Origin: Candidatus Eiseniibacteriota bacterium
GTDB taxonomy: Bacteria > Eisenbacteria > RBG-16-71-46
NCBI GenBank assembly: GCA_963707915.1
Contig: OY970178.1
Span: forward strand, 1,536,001-1,600,000
Reading direction: 5' to 3'
Length of the DNA: 64,000 nucleotides
Position numbers and translations under genes: made by a program. The notes under the pieces are model-generated. The model had not been told where the DNA came from. It did not search any database and saw only the letters and a program-made list of their open reading frames with translations. Below are positions 9,149 to 19,598 of the stretch, one piece after another (the first letter of the stretch is position 1; each line of letters opens with the position of its first letter).

Positions 9149-10719
9149 CTACCTCAGGTCGGTCTTCTTGATCTTGCCCCCGCTGGTGCGCGGCAGGTCG
9201 CTCACGATCTCGACCACCTTGGGCACCAGGAAGGCCTCCAGGCGCTTCCCGCACTCGATCTGAACTGCCTTCCCGGTGAGCGCCGCGCCCTGATCGAGGA
9301 TGACGAACGCCTTCACCGCCTGCCCCAGGATCGGGTCGGGCACGCCGATGACGGCCGCCTCCCGCACGCCCGGGATGTCCACCAGGGCGTTCTCCACCTC
9401 CCGGGGGGAGACCTTCTCGCCGCGGCTCTTGATGATGTCGTCCATGCGGCTGACGAAGTAGAGGTAGCCCTCCTCGTCGAAGCGGCCGTAGTCGCCGGTG
9501 TAGAGCACGAACTCGCCCGGCAGGGGCCCGGGCCGCAGCCGCTCGGCGGTGTCCTCCGGCTTCTCCCAGTAGCCCCGCATGACCGTCGCGCCGCGGATGA
9601 CCAGCTGGCCGATCTCGCCGGGACCGACCTTCCGGTCGTTCTCGTCGACCAGCCAGAGCTCGGTGTTCGGGAGGGCGATGCCGATGCTGTCCGGCTTGCG
9701 GTCCACGTCCTCCGGCGGCAGGTAGGCGCCCCGCGCGCACTCGGTCAGGCCGTACATCGAGTAGACCTGCGCCTGCGGCAGCCAGCTCCCGCAGCATGCG
9801 GATGTACTTCACCGGCAGCGCCGCCGCCGCGTTGGTCACGTAGCGCAGCTTCGAGAGATCGTAGTTCCTCAGCGTCTTCAGCTCGCCGAGCATGGCGAAC
9901 ATCGTGGGCACGCCCGGCAACCCGGTGACGCCCTCCGCCACCAGCGTGCTCCAGCACCTGCGCCGGGTAGGCGAACGAGCGCTCAGCACCAGCCGCGCCC
10001 CCACCTTGACCGAGATGATGAGCTGGTAGAGCCCGTAGTCGAACGCCAGCGGCAGGACGCTGAGGATGACGTCGTCCTCGACGTTCTCCAGGTAGGTGGT
10101 GATCGACGTCGCCGCGGTGAGCATGTTGCGGTGGGTCAGCATGATCGCCTTGGGCGTGCCGGTGGTGCCCGACGTGTAGACGATCGCGGCCAGATCGATG
10201 TCGAGGTTCAGGCGCGGCGGCGGCGCGTCGTGCCGCTCGGCGGCCAGCGCCTCGTCCCAGGCCGCGACCTGCGGCAGGCCGGCGGTGCGCTCCCGGTCGA
10301 TGGCGCCCGGACGATCACGGTGCGCAGGTGCGGCGAGCCGGCCGCCGCCTCGGCGAACGTGGCGGCGTGGCGGGCGTCGCGTGACCAGCGCCGTCGGCCG
10401 GCAGTCGTTGAGCAGGCTGGCGAGCTTGTCGCTCTTGACCTGGGAGGTTGACGATGGCGGTCACCGCGTTGGCCTTGAGCACGGCCCAGAAGGCGATGAC
10501 GGTCTGCGGCGTGTTGTCGGCGAAGATCACGACGCGGTCGCCGCGCTGCGACGCCGCGGCGCACCAGCGCGTGGGCCAGCGCGTTGGACTGGGCCTCGAT
10601 CTCGGCGTAGGTGAGGCGCTGGCCGTCACAGACCAGCGCGATCTTGCCGGGCAACCGCGCGGCCGTCTCGTGGAGGTAGTCGTGGAGCTGCGGCACGGCT
10701 GCGGGCCACCGCTGGACAT
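9149..10719 (-). pseudogene. AMP-dependent acyl-CoA/acyl-ACP ligase, split over several frames
   Basis: Fragments: [28 protein letters not shown] region, MLTHRNM, YGLTEC, TGDYG, IKSRGEKVSPREVE, LPRTSGGKI; frameshifts probably sequencing error. Confidence 0.8.
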
Positions 10720-10731
10720 GCTGGAACGGAC

Positions 10732-12749
10732 TCACGCCGGGCCCTCCCGCAGGCGGTCTGCCACCGTGTGAAACGTGGCCGGCCGGACCGCCCGGACTCC
10801 GCCACCGACGAACGACTCGTGCAGCAGCTGGGTCGAGAGGACGCCGACCAACGCCATGTTGTCGGCGTTCGAGAACTGGGACTCGTCCCGCCGCCCCACG
10901 CACTTCCGACAGAGCTGGCCCGCGACCCCGGGTCGAAGACCCCCGCCCGCGCCAGGGCCTGCTCCGACATCGCTTCCGCCACCCAGCCGGGCGCGTCCGG
11001 CCCGACGAACGAGAGCGCGTCCGGGGCGCGGTACGGCTGCTTCTTCCTCGTCAGGATATCGGCCGGCAGGAGGTCGCGCGCCACGCGTTTGAGGACGTGC
11101 TTCTCGTCGAGGCCGGCCAGCTTGTACGCCGTCCGGCAGCGAGTCGGCAAGCGCCACGACCTCGCGGTCGAGGAACGGGAAGCGGCCCTCCACGGAGTGG
11201 GCCATGAGCATCCGGTCGCCCTGCGACGAAAGGAGGTAGCCCGACAGCAGCGTGCGCACCTCGAGGTACTGGTCCCGGGCGAGGGGGGTCCAGCGCCCGA
11301 ACTCCGGGGGCAGCGTGGCGAGCAGCTCCGCCACCGGATCGAAGTCCCCGACGGCCGCCCGCATCTCCGCCGAGAACAGGCGCTGCAGGGCCGCCGCCGA
11401 GCGCCAGCGCGGCCCGTGGCCGAAGCCCGGCTCCCGCCAGCGGGCCAGGTCCTGGCCGAAGAACTGGCGGGCCATCGCCTCCTGCGCCACCGGCGAGCGC
11501 GCCAGGTACGGGTAGAGGCGCTGCGAGCAGCCGCGGCCGCGACGGCGACTCCGGCTGCCGCGCCCAGAAGCGGCGCAGCCTGCGCCTCGCGGAACAGGTC
11601 GTAGCCGGCGAACATCTCGTCGGCGCCCTCGCCGGTCAGCACCACCTTGATGCCGGCGTCGCGCACCAGCTTCGAGAGCAGGAAGAGCGGCGCGGGCGCG
11701 GTGCGCAGAACGGCCGCTCGGCGTGCGCGACGACGTCGGGGAAGACGCGCGGCGATGTCGGCCCGCGGTGACCGACGATCTCGCGGTGCTCGCTGCCGAG
11801 GCGCTCGACCATCAGCCGCTGGAAGCGCGTCTCGTCGTACTCGGCGTCGTCGAAGCGCAGCGAGAAGGTTGAAGAACCGCTCGCCCTTGGCCCGCAGCCC
11901 GAGCGCGGCGACGAGCGAGCTGTCGAGGCCGCCCGAGAGGTAGCTGCCCACCGGCACGTCGGAGCGCAGCATGCGCAGCCGCGTCGCCTCCTCGAGCGCG
12001 GCGCGGGACGCCGTCGTCGGCGTCGTCCAGCGTGCCGCCGAAGCGCCCCTGGTCGCCCTCGGGGTAGCGCGGCGGAGCGTAGGCGCGGTCGGTGACCCGC
12101 CCGTTCGCGTAGATGCGGACGTGCCCCGGCTCGAGCTCGGCCACCCCGGCGAAGACGCGTCCGGGGCGGCAGCGCGGACCAGAAGGTGAAGACCTCGGCG
12201 AGCCCGCGCGGGTCGAACGCGCGCGGGATGCCGCGGTCGGCGGCGAAGATCGCCTTCACCTCGCTGGCGAAGTAGAGCCGCCCGTCGTGCTCGCAGGTGC
12301 AGAGCGGCCGGACCCCGAGCGGGTCGCGCGACAGCACCAGCGTGGCCGACCGGCGGTCCCACAGGGCGACGGCCCACTGCCCGTTGAAGCGCGCGGAACG
12401 CGCCCTCGCCCCACGCCTCCCAGGCGTGGACGATCACCTCGGTGTCGCTGCGGGTCCGGAAGCGGTGCCCGAGCGCCTCGAGCTCGTCGCGCAGCTCGAG
12501 GTAGTTGAAGATCTCGCCGTTGAAGACGATCCACAGCGTGCCGTCCTCGTTGCGAGAGCGGCTGCTGGCCGGTGGCCAGGTCGATGATCGAGAGGCGCGC
12601 GTGTGCCGAGCCCGGCGCGCGCGTCACGGTAGACGCCGCAGCTCGTCGGGCCCGCGGTGCCGCAGGGCGCCGACCATGCGCGAGAGCTGCTCCAGGCCCG
12701 GCGGCTCGATCCCGTCGCGCAGCGACAGGATCCCGGCGATGCCGCACAT
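10732..12749 (-). pseudogene. asnB: Asparagine synthase (glutamine-hydrolysing, AsnB-like amidotransferase), split over several frames
   Basis: MCGIAG N-terminal Ntn Cys, [57 protein letters not shown] in different frames. Confidence 0.85.
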
Positions 12750-13735
12750 CAGCCGCGGGTCCCGCCCGGGGTCCGGACGAGGAGCGGCCCGAGGTGCAGG
12801 GGGCGCGTCGTGCGCCGCTTCTGGTCGATGTCGCGGTAGACCCGCTCGACCTGCGCGGCGGTCGAGCCCGATCGCGGCCGCCACCTCGGCGGCGGGCACG
12901 CTCGTGGCTGCGGCCGTAGAGGCAGAGGTCCATCGGCCCGTAGGGCAGGCGCGAAGTAGAACTCCTCCTGCGTCTGCGGCAGCGAGAACGTGTCGGTGGT
13001 CGGCAGCTGGCTGCGGATCTCCTGCGGCACGCCGAGGTACTCCGCGAGCTGGTAGACCTGCGTCTTGTACAGGTGCGCGATCGGCTTGAAGTCCGCGGCG
13101 CCGTCGCCCTGCTTCACGAAGAAGCCCTGGTCGTACTCCAGCCGGTTGGGCGTGCCCGCCACCGCGTAGTGCAGCCGGTCGGCGTGGTAGTACTCCATCA
13201 TCTTGCGCATCCGCTGCTTGAAGTTCGTGGCCGCGATCAGCTGCAGGTAGGCCTGCAGCGGCAGCCGCGCGGACTTCCGCTCGCCCGAGGGCGTCTCGAT
13301 GACCAGCTGGGTGACGTTCATGCGATCGTCGTCCATGACCGGCGGCAGGGCCACCTTGCAGCGCCAGCCGTCGCCGTACTCGGGGAAGACCATCCGGATG
13401 GCCTCCGTCCTGGCGCCCGTAGCAACCGGCCGCCGCGAGGATCGGGCCGATGTCCTCCACCCGGGTCTCGACCCCGAGGTGCGCGCCCAGCAGGCGGCCC
13501 AGCGCCAGCGCCGGTGTCGCCCGAGTCGCGCTCGGGCATCAGCAGCGCCAGCACGCGCTCGCGGCCCAGGGCGCGGGCGCAGAGCGCGGCGACCACCGAG
13601 CTGTCGATCGCCGCCCGAGACGCCGACGACCGCGCCACGGCGGCGCAGCGTGCCGAGCACCTGTTCACGGATGGCCTGCTCGATCTCGGCGACCGCGGCG
13701 GCCGCATCCAGCTTCAGCGTGTCCATGGAGAGCAT
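12749..13735 (-). pseudogene. nadE: NAD(+) synthase-like (NadE family) protein, frameshifted
   Basis: VVGVSGG/IDSSVVAALC split by frameshift, NFKQRMRK, GTPNRLEYDQGFFVKQGDG, PIAHLYKTQVY; stop overlaps asnB start (TGATG). Confidence 0.8.
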
Positions 13736-13802
13736 GGTTCGAGGGTTCCCCTTTCGAGCCGGCAGGATAGCATCCCCGGCACGATCCGCACACGCCGCCG
13801 GC

Positions 13803-14345
13803 CTAGCCCCCGAGCCGGTGCGCGGTCACGGGGCCGGTGAGCAGATCCGCGCCCAGCGTGAGGTAGAGCATGCCGTCCGCCACCGACAGGTCGAACGCCA
13901 TGCGCCGCTCGAGGCGTTCGACCAGCGCGGCGACCAGCGCGCGGTCCAGCCCGTAGAGCTCCAGGGCCTCCGCGCGGTGGATGCGCCCGCCCGCCAGCGA
14001 GTCCCAGTAGCGGGCGGCGTCGCGGTGCGAGTAGACCGCCACGCGCGGCGCGGCCTTGCTGGCCCGGTGCAGCCGGGCGGCATCGGGTGTGCCGATCTCG
14101 ATCCAGGCCTGCAGGGCACCGGTCAGGTCCCGCACCTCGAGCGCCGGCTGGTCGGGGTCCGCCAGGCCCCGGGAGAAGGCGAGCCCCTCCCGGCACTCGA
14201 GGCAGTAGGCGAGCACGCGGGCACAGAGGAACTCCTCGCTCTCCGAGGGATGCCGCGCGGCGCGCAGGTCGAGCGACTCGTAGACCCCGCGGTCCACGTG
14301 GGAGAGTCGCACGGCGAACTGGTGGATCACGGCACCGAGAGCCAG
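13803..14345 (-). CDS. yaeQ: YaeQ family protein (start uncertain; CTG at 14345 after GAGGT)
   Basis: ALGAVIH...VDRGVY...ARHPSES...RVLAY...FSRGL...WIEIG.PD..RLHRASK. Confidence 0.85.
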   Translation of the reverse strand: MALGAVIHQFAVRLSHVDRGVYESLDLRAARHPSESEEFLCARVLAYCLECREGLAFSRGLADPDQPALEVRDLTGALQAWIEIGTPDAARLHRASKAAPRVAVYSHRDAARYWDSLAGGRIHRAEALELYGLDRALVAALVERLERRMAFDLSVADGMLYLTLGADLLTGPVTAHRLGG

Positions 14346-14456
14346 GGGGACCTCGACTTCGGTTATGGTGGTTCGAGTCGGTGACCGGGTGAGACTACAC
14401 CGGCCGGGCCCGGCGCGTGCAGGTCGCGAACCTTCGAGCGAGGAGATCCGCAGGAC

Positions 14457-16247
14457 ATGGCGCTGATCAGCCTGAACGGTGTGAGCCTCACCTACGCCGG
14501 GCCTCCCCTGCTCGACGCGGTGAGCCTGCAGATCGACGACGGCGAACGGCTCGGGCTGCTGGGCCGGAACGGGGCCGGCAAGTCCACGCTGCTCAAGGTC
14601 CTCGAGGGCACGCTCGCCCCCGACGCCGGCGACGTGGTCCGCCAGCCGGGGCTGCGCGTGGCCGGCCTGCGGCAGGAGGTCCCGCTCGACCTCCCCGGCA
14701 CCGTGCGGGAGCACCTGCACGAGGCCTGCGGCGTCACCCGCAGCGACGCGGCGTGGCGGATCGAGACGCGCATCGACCAGGCCGCCGCCGACCTGGCGCT
14801 CGACCTCGACGCCACCATCGCCACGCTGTCGGCCGGCTCCAAGCGCCGCGTCCTGCTGGCCGCCACGCTGGTGCGCGACCCGGACCTGATGCTCCTGGAC
14901 GAGCCGACCAACCACCTCGACCTCGAGGCCATCCGCCATCTCGAGGAGTCGCTGCTGCAGCGGCGCGGCACGCTGGTGTTCGTCACCCACGACCGCAGCT
15001 TCCTGCGCCGCCTCGCCACCCGCATCCTCGACCTGGACCGCGGCGTGGTCCGCAGCTACCGCTCCGGCTACGACGCCTACCTCGCGACGCGCGACCAGGA
15101 GCTGCGCGTCGAGGGCGAACAGGCCGCGCTCTTCGACCGCAAGCTGGCGCAGGAGGAGACCTGGGTGCGCCGCGGGATCAAGGCGCGGCGCACGCGGAAC
15201 GAGGGCCGGGTGCGGGCGCTCGAGGCGCTGCGGGCCGAGCACGGCGCGCGCCGCGAGGAGGTGGCGCGCGTGAAGGCGCAGCTCCAGGAGGCGGAGCGCT
15301 CGGGACGCGTGGTGCTGCGCTGCACCGGCCTCGGCCACGCCTACGACGGGCCGCCGATCGTGCGCGACCTCACCGCGACGATCCTGCGCGGGGATCGCGT
15401 CGGCATCCTGGGGCCCAACGGCTGCGGCAAGACCACGCTGATCCGCCTGTTGCTCGGGGAGCTCGCGCCGCAGCAGGGCTCGGTGAGCGCGGGCACCAAG
15501 CTCGAGATCGCGCACTTCGAGCAGTTGCACGACGTGCTCGACGACACCAAGACCGTCGTCGAGACCCTGGGAGAAGGGCGCGACACGGTCACCGTGGGCG
15601 GCGTGGAGCGCCACGTCGTCGGGTACCTGCGCGACTTCCTCTTCAGCCCCGAGCAGATCCAGGGCCCGGTCCTGCGCCTGTCGGGGGGCGAGCGCAAGCG
15701 GCTCCAGCTCGCGAAGGTCCTCTCGCGACCCTGCAACCTCCTGGTCCTCGACGAGCCGACCAACGACCTCGACCTGGAGACGCTCGAGCTGCTCGAGGAG
15801 CTGCTGCTGGAGTTCCGGGGCACGCTGCTGCTGGTCTCGCACGACCGCGCGTTCCTCGACAACGTCGTCACCTCGACCCTGGTCTTCGAGGGGGCCGGGC
15901 GGTGGCGCGAGTACGTCGGCGGCTACCAGGACTGGCTGCGCCAGCGGAAGCCAGCGGAGCCGGCGCCCGCCGCGAAGCCGGACCGGCCCAGGCCCGAGCG
16001 GGCCGCGCCCCGACCGCGGCGCATCGGCTTCATGGAGAAGCGCGAGCTGGCCGGGCTCCCCGCACGGATCGAGCACCTCGAGGGCGAGAGGCAGCAACTC
16101 TTCGCGTTGATGGCCTCACCGGGCTTCTACGCCTCGCGGGGCGACGAGGTCGGTGCCACCCGGTCGCGCCTCTCCGCGGTCGAGGCCGAGATCCACGAGG
16201 CCTACGCGCGGTGGGTCGAACTCGAGAGCCTGGCCGGCGGCGACTGA
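14457..16247 (+). CDS. uup: ABC-F family ATPase, Uup-like
   Basis: Two ABC domains (GRNGAGKS, GPNGCGKT, LSGGE, DEPTN), GIKARRTRNEGRVRAL linker, C-terminal coiled coil ending RW.ELE. Confidence 0.92.
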   Translation: MALISLNGVSLTYAGPPLLDAVSLQIDDGERLGLLGRNGAGKSTLLKVLEGTLAPDAGDVVRQPGLRVAGLRQEVPLDLPGTVREHLHEACGVTRSDAAWRIETRIDQAAADLALDLDATIATLSAGSKRRVLLAATLVRDPDLMLLDEPTNHLDLEAIRHLEESLLQRRGTLVFVTHDRSFLRRLATRILDLDRGVVRSYRSGYDAYLATRDQELRVEGEQAALFDRKLAQEETWVRRGIKARRTRNEGRVRALEALRAEHGARREEVARVKAQLQEAERSGRVVLRCTGLGHAYDGPPIVRDLTATILRGDRVGILGPNGCGKTTLIRLLLGELAPQQGSVSAGTKLEIAHFEQLHDVLDDTKTVVETLGEGRDTVTVGGVERHVVGYLRDFLFSPEQIQGPVLRLSGGERKRLQLAKVLSRPCNLLVLDEPTNDLDLETLELLEELLLEFRGTLLLVSHDRAFLDNVVTSTLVFEGAGRWREYVGGYQDWLRQRKPAEPAPAAKPDRPRPERAAPRPRRIGFMEKRELAGLPARIEHLEGERQQLFALMASPGFYASRGDEVGATRSRLSAVEAEIHEAYARWVELESLAGGD

Positions 16248-16276
16248 GCGAGGCGCCCCGCCGGGGAGCGCCTCGC
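16248..16276. terminator. GC-rich hairpin between convergent uup and C69 peptidase genes
   Basis: GCGAGGCGC (16248-16256) / GCGCCTCGC (16268-16276) inverted repeat right after the uup stop. Confidence 0.45.
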
Positions 16277-16298
16277 GCGTGCGGACCGGCCGTCCGGC

Positions 16299-18014
16299 TC
16301 AGCGCGCCGTGGCCGGCGCCGGGGCTCCCGACGGCACCGGGGGATCGGGCGTGAGCTGCCTCACCCGCCCGCCGGCATCGCGCACGATGGCGCGGTACCA
16401 GGAGTCCGGGTACTTCGGGTGGGTCACCTTCCCCTGCGCGTCGCGCACGTTTCCGTCGAGGTACTTCCAGACCAGGTGCTCGCCCAGCTTGCGCCATCGC
16501 GCGACCACCCTCTCGCCCTGCCGGTCGCAGTGGTCGGTGAGGTAGTCGATCGCGAGCTGCGGGGCCTGGGCATGGAGCTTCAGCGCCGCGGCCTCGATCG
16601 CCGGCTGCTCGGCCACGAAGCCGCCCTCCAGCTCGCGCTGCACCCCCTGCAGGTCCACGACCATGTCGGCGTAGCGCGAGTACACCCAGTTGGAGACGAA
16701 GTTGAACACCCAGAACGCCGACTCCCAGGAGAACGAGCCGAAGTCGGCCGTGCCCGCGTCCCAGCTGTGCGGCGCCCGGGTGATGGCGCAGTAGAACGGC
16801 GTGTAGACCGTCAGGTAGGTGTCGTCCACGCCGAACCACAGGACGCCGCCGATCGGGTCGGGCAGCGCGGCACGGGACTGGGCCACGAACGAGAAGCCGG
16901 TCTGCTGCGTCGAGATCGCCCGCTCGTGCAGGTACTTCACGCTGTCGACCTCCCAGGTCATCGGCCGCCAGCGGTACGGCGACGCGTGGGGCCCCGCCCC
17001 CACGTCCAGCGCCATGTCGAACGGCGTGCCCTCGTAGTGGTCGCGCATCAGCGCCGCGGCGTCCATCACCGAGAGCTTGCGGTCGGGCTTGACCCACAGC
17101 GGCAGGCGCTTCTTCAGAGTGCTGCCGTCCACCATGTCGCTGGTCAGCCCGAGCGACGGGGCGGCGCGGCGGAACACGCTCCAGACGCGCGCCTCGCAGC
17201 TGCGCAGCTTGCCAGCGGTGAGCGGCGCGTAGGTGTCGCAGAACGAGAAGTCCTCGTCGCGGCCGGTGAACCAGCCCTTCTGCCGCGCGAAGGAGATCAC
17301 GTCGGGCGAGTACAGGCAGTTGGCCGGGTCGTTCAGCGGGAACTGCCGGATGCGCGGGTGGTTCGCGTGCGCCGAGAGGTAACCGTCGGGAACGCGGCGC
17401 GCGACCCATACCGCGCCCTTCGCCTTCTCGCCCTTGCCGATCATCTCCAGGAGCCAGACCTCCCTCGGGTCCGAGACCGAGAAGGACTCGCCGGTCGAGG
17501 CGTAGCCGTGCTCCGCCACCAGCGTGGTCATCACCTGGATCGCCTCGCGGGCGCTGGCCGCGCGTTCCAGCGCGATGTAGATGAGCGAGCCGTAGTCGAT
17601 GACGCCGGCCGGGCCCTTGAGCGAGTCGCGCCCGCCGAAGGTGGTCTCGCCGATCGCCACCTGGCGCTCGTTGATGTTGCCGACCACCCGCCAGGTGCGC
17701 GGCGCCTGCGGGATCCGCCCGAGGAACCTGCCGGTGTCCCACTCGACGATGTCGCGCATCGTGCCCGGCGCGAACACCCCCGGGGGCCGCAGCACCAGCT
17801 CGCCGTAGAACGTGTGCGAATCGGCGGAATAGGTGATCAGGCTCGAGCCGTCGGTCGACGCGCCCGGGGTGACCAGGATGTTGGTGCAGGCGCTCGCGGT
17901 TCCGGGCGCGGACAGCGCCAGGGCCAGCAGCAGCGCGCCCCGGATCCGGCTCCGGAGCGCGGCGTTCTTCGCGGCGCGGGGACAGCGGGGGGCTTCGGGC
18001 ATGGTCGGCTCCAT
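16299..18014 (-). CDS. C69 family dipeptidase (Ntn hydrolase), exported
   Basis: Signal peptide then ACTNILVTPGASTDGS, NERQVAIGETTFGGR, YGSLIYIALERA, ERAISTQQT. Confidence 0.88.
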   Translation of the reverse strand: MEPTMPEAPRCPRAAKNAALRSRIRGALLLALALSAPGTASACTNILVTPGASTDGSSLITYSADSHTFYGELVLRPPGVFAPGTMRDIVEWDTGRFLGRIPQAPRTWRVVGNINERQVAIGETTFGGRDSLKGPAGVIDYGSLIYIALERAASAREAIQVMTTLVAEHGYASTGESFSVSDPREVWLLEMIGKGEKAKGAVWVARRVPDGYLSAHANHPRIRQFPLNDPANCLYSPDVISFARQKGWFTGRDEDFSFCDTYAPLTAGKLRSCEARVWSVFRRAAPSLGLTSDMVDGSTLKKRLPLWVKPDRKLSVMDAAALMRDHYEGTPFDMALDVGAGPHASPYRWRPMTWEVDSVKYLHERAISTQQTGFSFVAQSRAALPDPIGGVLWFGVDDTYLTVYTPFYCAITRAPHSWDAGTADFGSFSWESAFWVFNFVSNWVYSRYADMVVDLQGVQRELEGGFVAEQPAIEAAALKLHAQAPQLAIDYLTDHCDRQGERVVARWRKLGEHLVWKYLDGNVRDAQGKVTHPKYPDSWYRAIVRDAGGRVRQLTPDPPVPSGAPAPATAR

Positions 18015-18034
18015 GAGGGGTTCGTTTCCTCTCG

Positions 18035-19381
18035 TCAGCGCTTGAGCGGGTGCGTCTCGCGCGCCATCGTCCCGGTGCGGAGCACCTCTTCGATCTTGTA
18101 GACTCCGAGCTTGCGGTTCTTGACGAAGCCGCTGAACGCCTTCTCGGCGAGCACGCCGTCCTTCAGCATGTCGGACAGCCACTCCAGCGCCAGCGAGGGC
18201 GTGTACTGCGGCAGCGCGGCGCCCTTGTCCATCAGCCAGCGCATGTTCTTGTCCTCCTGCGAGCCGAGCGGCGGGGCCATCACGATCGGGATGCCGAGCC
18301 CCGAGTAGAACGACAGCTCGCTCGGCTTGGTCCACAGGATGTCGGTCTCGCGCATCAGCGCGTCGAACCGGTCGAAGTAGGCGGGCTTGTGCGCCTCGCG
18401 GAGGATCAGCACTCCGTCGCCGAGCGCGGCCTCCAACCCGAGGCGGACCACGCACTCGCGCAACATCTGCTCGACCAGCGGATTCACGCCCGCCACCAGC
18501 GCGAGCCGGAAGCGGCCATCCAGGATGCCGGGCTTCAGGCTCTCCGCCAGCTGCATGCCGATCTCGACCTGCGCGCCCGCCCCGCCGACCGCGAAGGTCA
18601 CCGTGACGCGGGCGCCACCGGCCGCGGGCCGCGGCCGCTCCCCCAGCATCTCCTCGACCGTCGAGCCGAAGACCGAGGCGAACCGCCCCTGCGGGTCGAG
18701 CCGCGCCAGCCGCTGCAGCAGGTCCGCGCGAAGGACCTCCATCCCCGGCCCGCCGATGTTCTCGCGCGGGAGCGGGAAGCCGGTGATGAAGATGCGCTCG
18801 TCGGGGACGCCGTACTGGCGCAGGCGCCGCATGACCCGGCCGCAGGGCGCGAAGTACTGGATGCGGCTGCGCGCCGCGTTCGACGCCACCCACACGCGGT
18901 TCAGGTCGGCGTCGCAGATGACGCTGAACACCGGGGCATAGCGGGCGTGCTCGGCGACCAGCGACGGAGCGTAGAAGGTCGAGATCACCGGCAGCCAGCG
19001 GGTGCGCAGCCGTTCGAGCATCGAGCGGCCCAGCCCCTGCCGGATCAGGTAGTCCACGAAGTAGTTGTTAAGCGAGGGCTTCGAGAGGTCCCGCAGCGGG
19101 TAGAAGGGCGGGATGTGCAGCATCTTGTCGAGCACCCCGAAGAGCGCGCCGCCCACGAACGGCAGGTTCCGGGCGCGCGAGAGGGTCTCGTAGGTCCAGG
19201 TGAGGCGTCGCCAGAAGCGGGCCTCGTCGGCATCGGTGAAGTCCGGGCTGCCGGCGGTGAGCACGCCATCGTGCGCGAGGTAGGCCAGCGCGTGCGCGGC
19301 ACGCTGGTGGCCCAGCCCCATGTCGGCGGTCACGATCCAGGCGCGAAGGATGTCCAGGTTGGTGGTCACGATGGTGCCCAT
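18035..19381 (-). CDS. GT-B-like protein (MGDG-synthase-like / DUF6938)
   Basis: ADMGLGHQRAA, TGFPLP, GGAGAQ, DILWTKPSELSFY. Confidence 0.65.
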   Translation of the reverse strand: MGTIVTTNLDILRAWIVTADMGLGHQRAAHALAYLAHDGVLTAGSPDFTDADEARFWRRLTWTYETLSRARNLPFVGGALFGVLDKMLHIPPFYPLRDLSKPSLNNYFVDYLIRQGLGRSMLERLRTRWLPVISTFYAPSLVAEHARYAPVFSVICDADLNRVWVASNAARSRIQYFAPCGRVMRRLRQYGVPDERIFITGFPLPRENIGGPGMEVLRADLLQRLARLDPQGRFASVFGSTVEEMLGERPRPAAGGARVTVTFAVGGAGAQVEIGMQLAESLKPGILDGRFRLALVAGVNPLVEQMLRECVVRLGLEAALGDGVLILREAHKPAYFDRFDALMRETDILWTKPSELSFYSGLGIPIVMAPPLGSQEDKNMRWLMDKGAALPQYTPSLALEWLSDMLKDGVLAEKAFSGFVKNRKLGVYKIEEVLRTGTMARETHPLKR

Positions 19382-19598
19382 GCTAAGCGATAGCCGGCAC
19401 GCGCGTCATCCCGCGGCGGAGAGCGCCGCCAGGGTCCGTTCGCAGGGCTATCGGCAGGGCGGTGCGGATGGCGCACGGAGGCGCGGAATGCGGCACTCGA
19501 CCGGGGACGCCACGGGCGCCGCGGACGCGGCTTCCATCGTCCCCCGAGGCGCAGACGGCTTCCTGGGATCGCGCAGGAGCCGCGCCCACCTGAGGGGT

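Noticed and set aside
141..19400. Many long antisense or alternate-frame ORFs (e.g. 2904-4406, 14417-16354, 16030-17742, 16419-18101)
   Set aside because: Shadow ORFs expected at very high GC; overlap well-supported genes and lack motifs
19382..19598. Third copy of the att core (tandem island boundary)
   Set aside because: Only CGCCCAC matches near 19583; too short in GC-rich DNA
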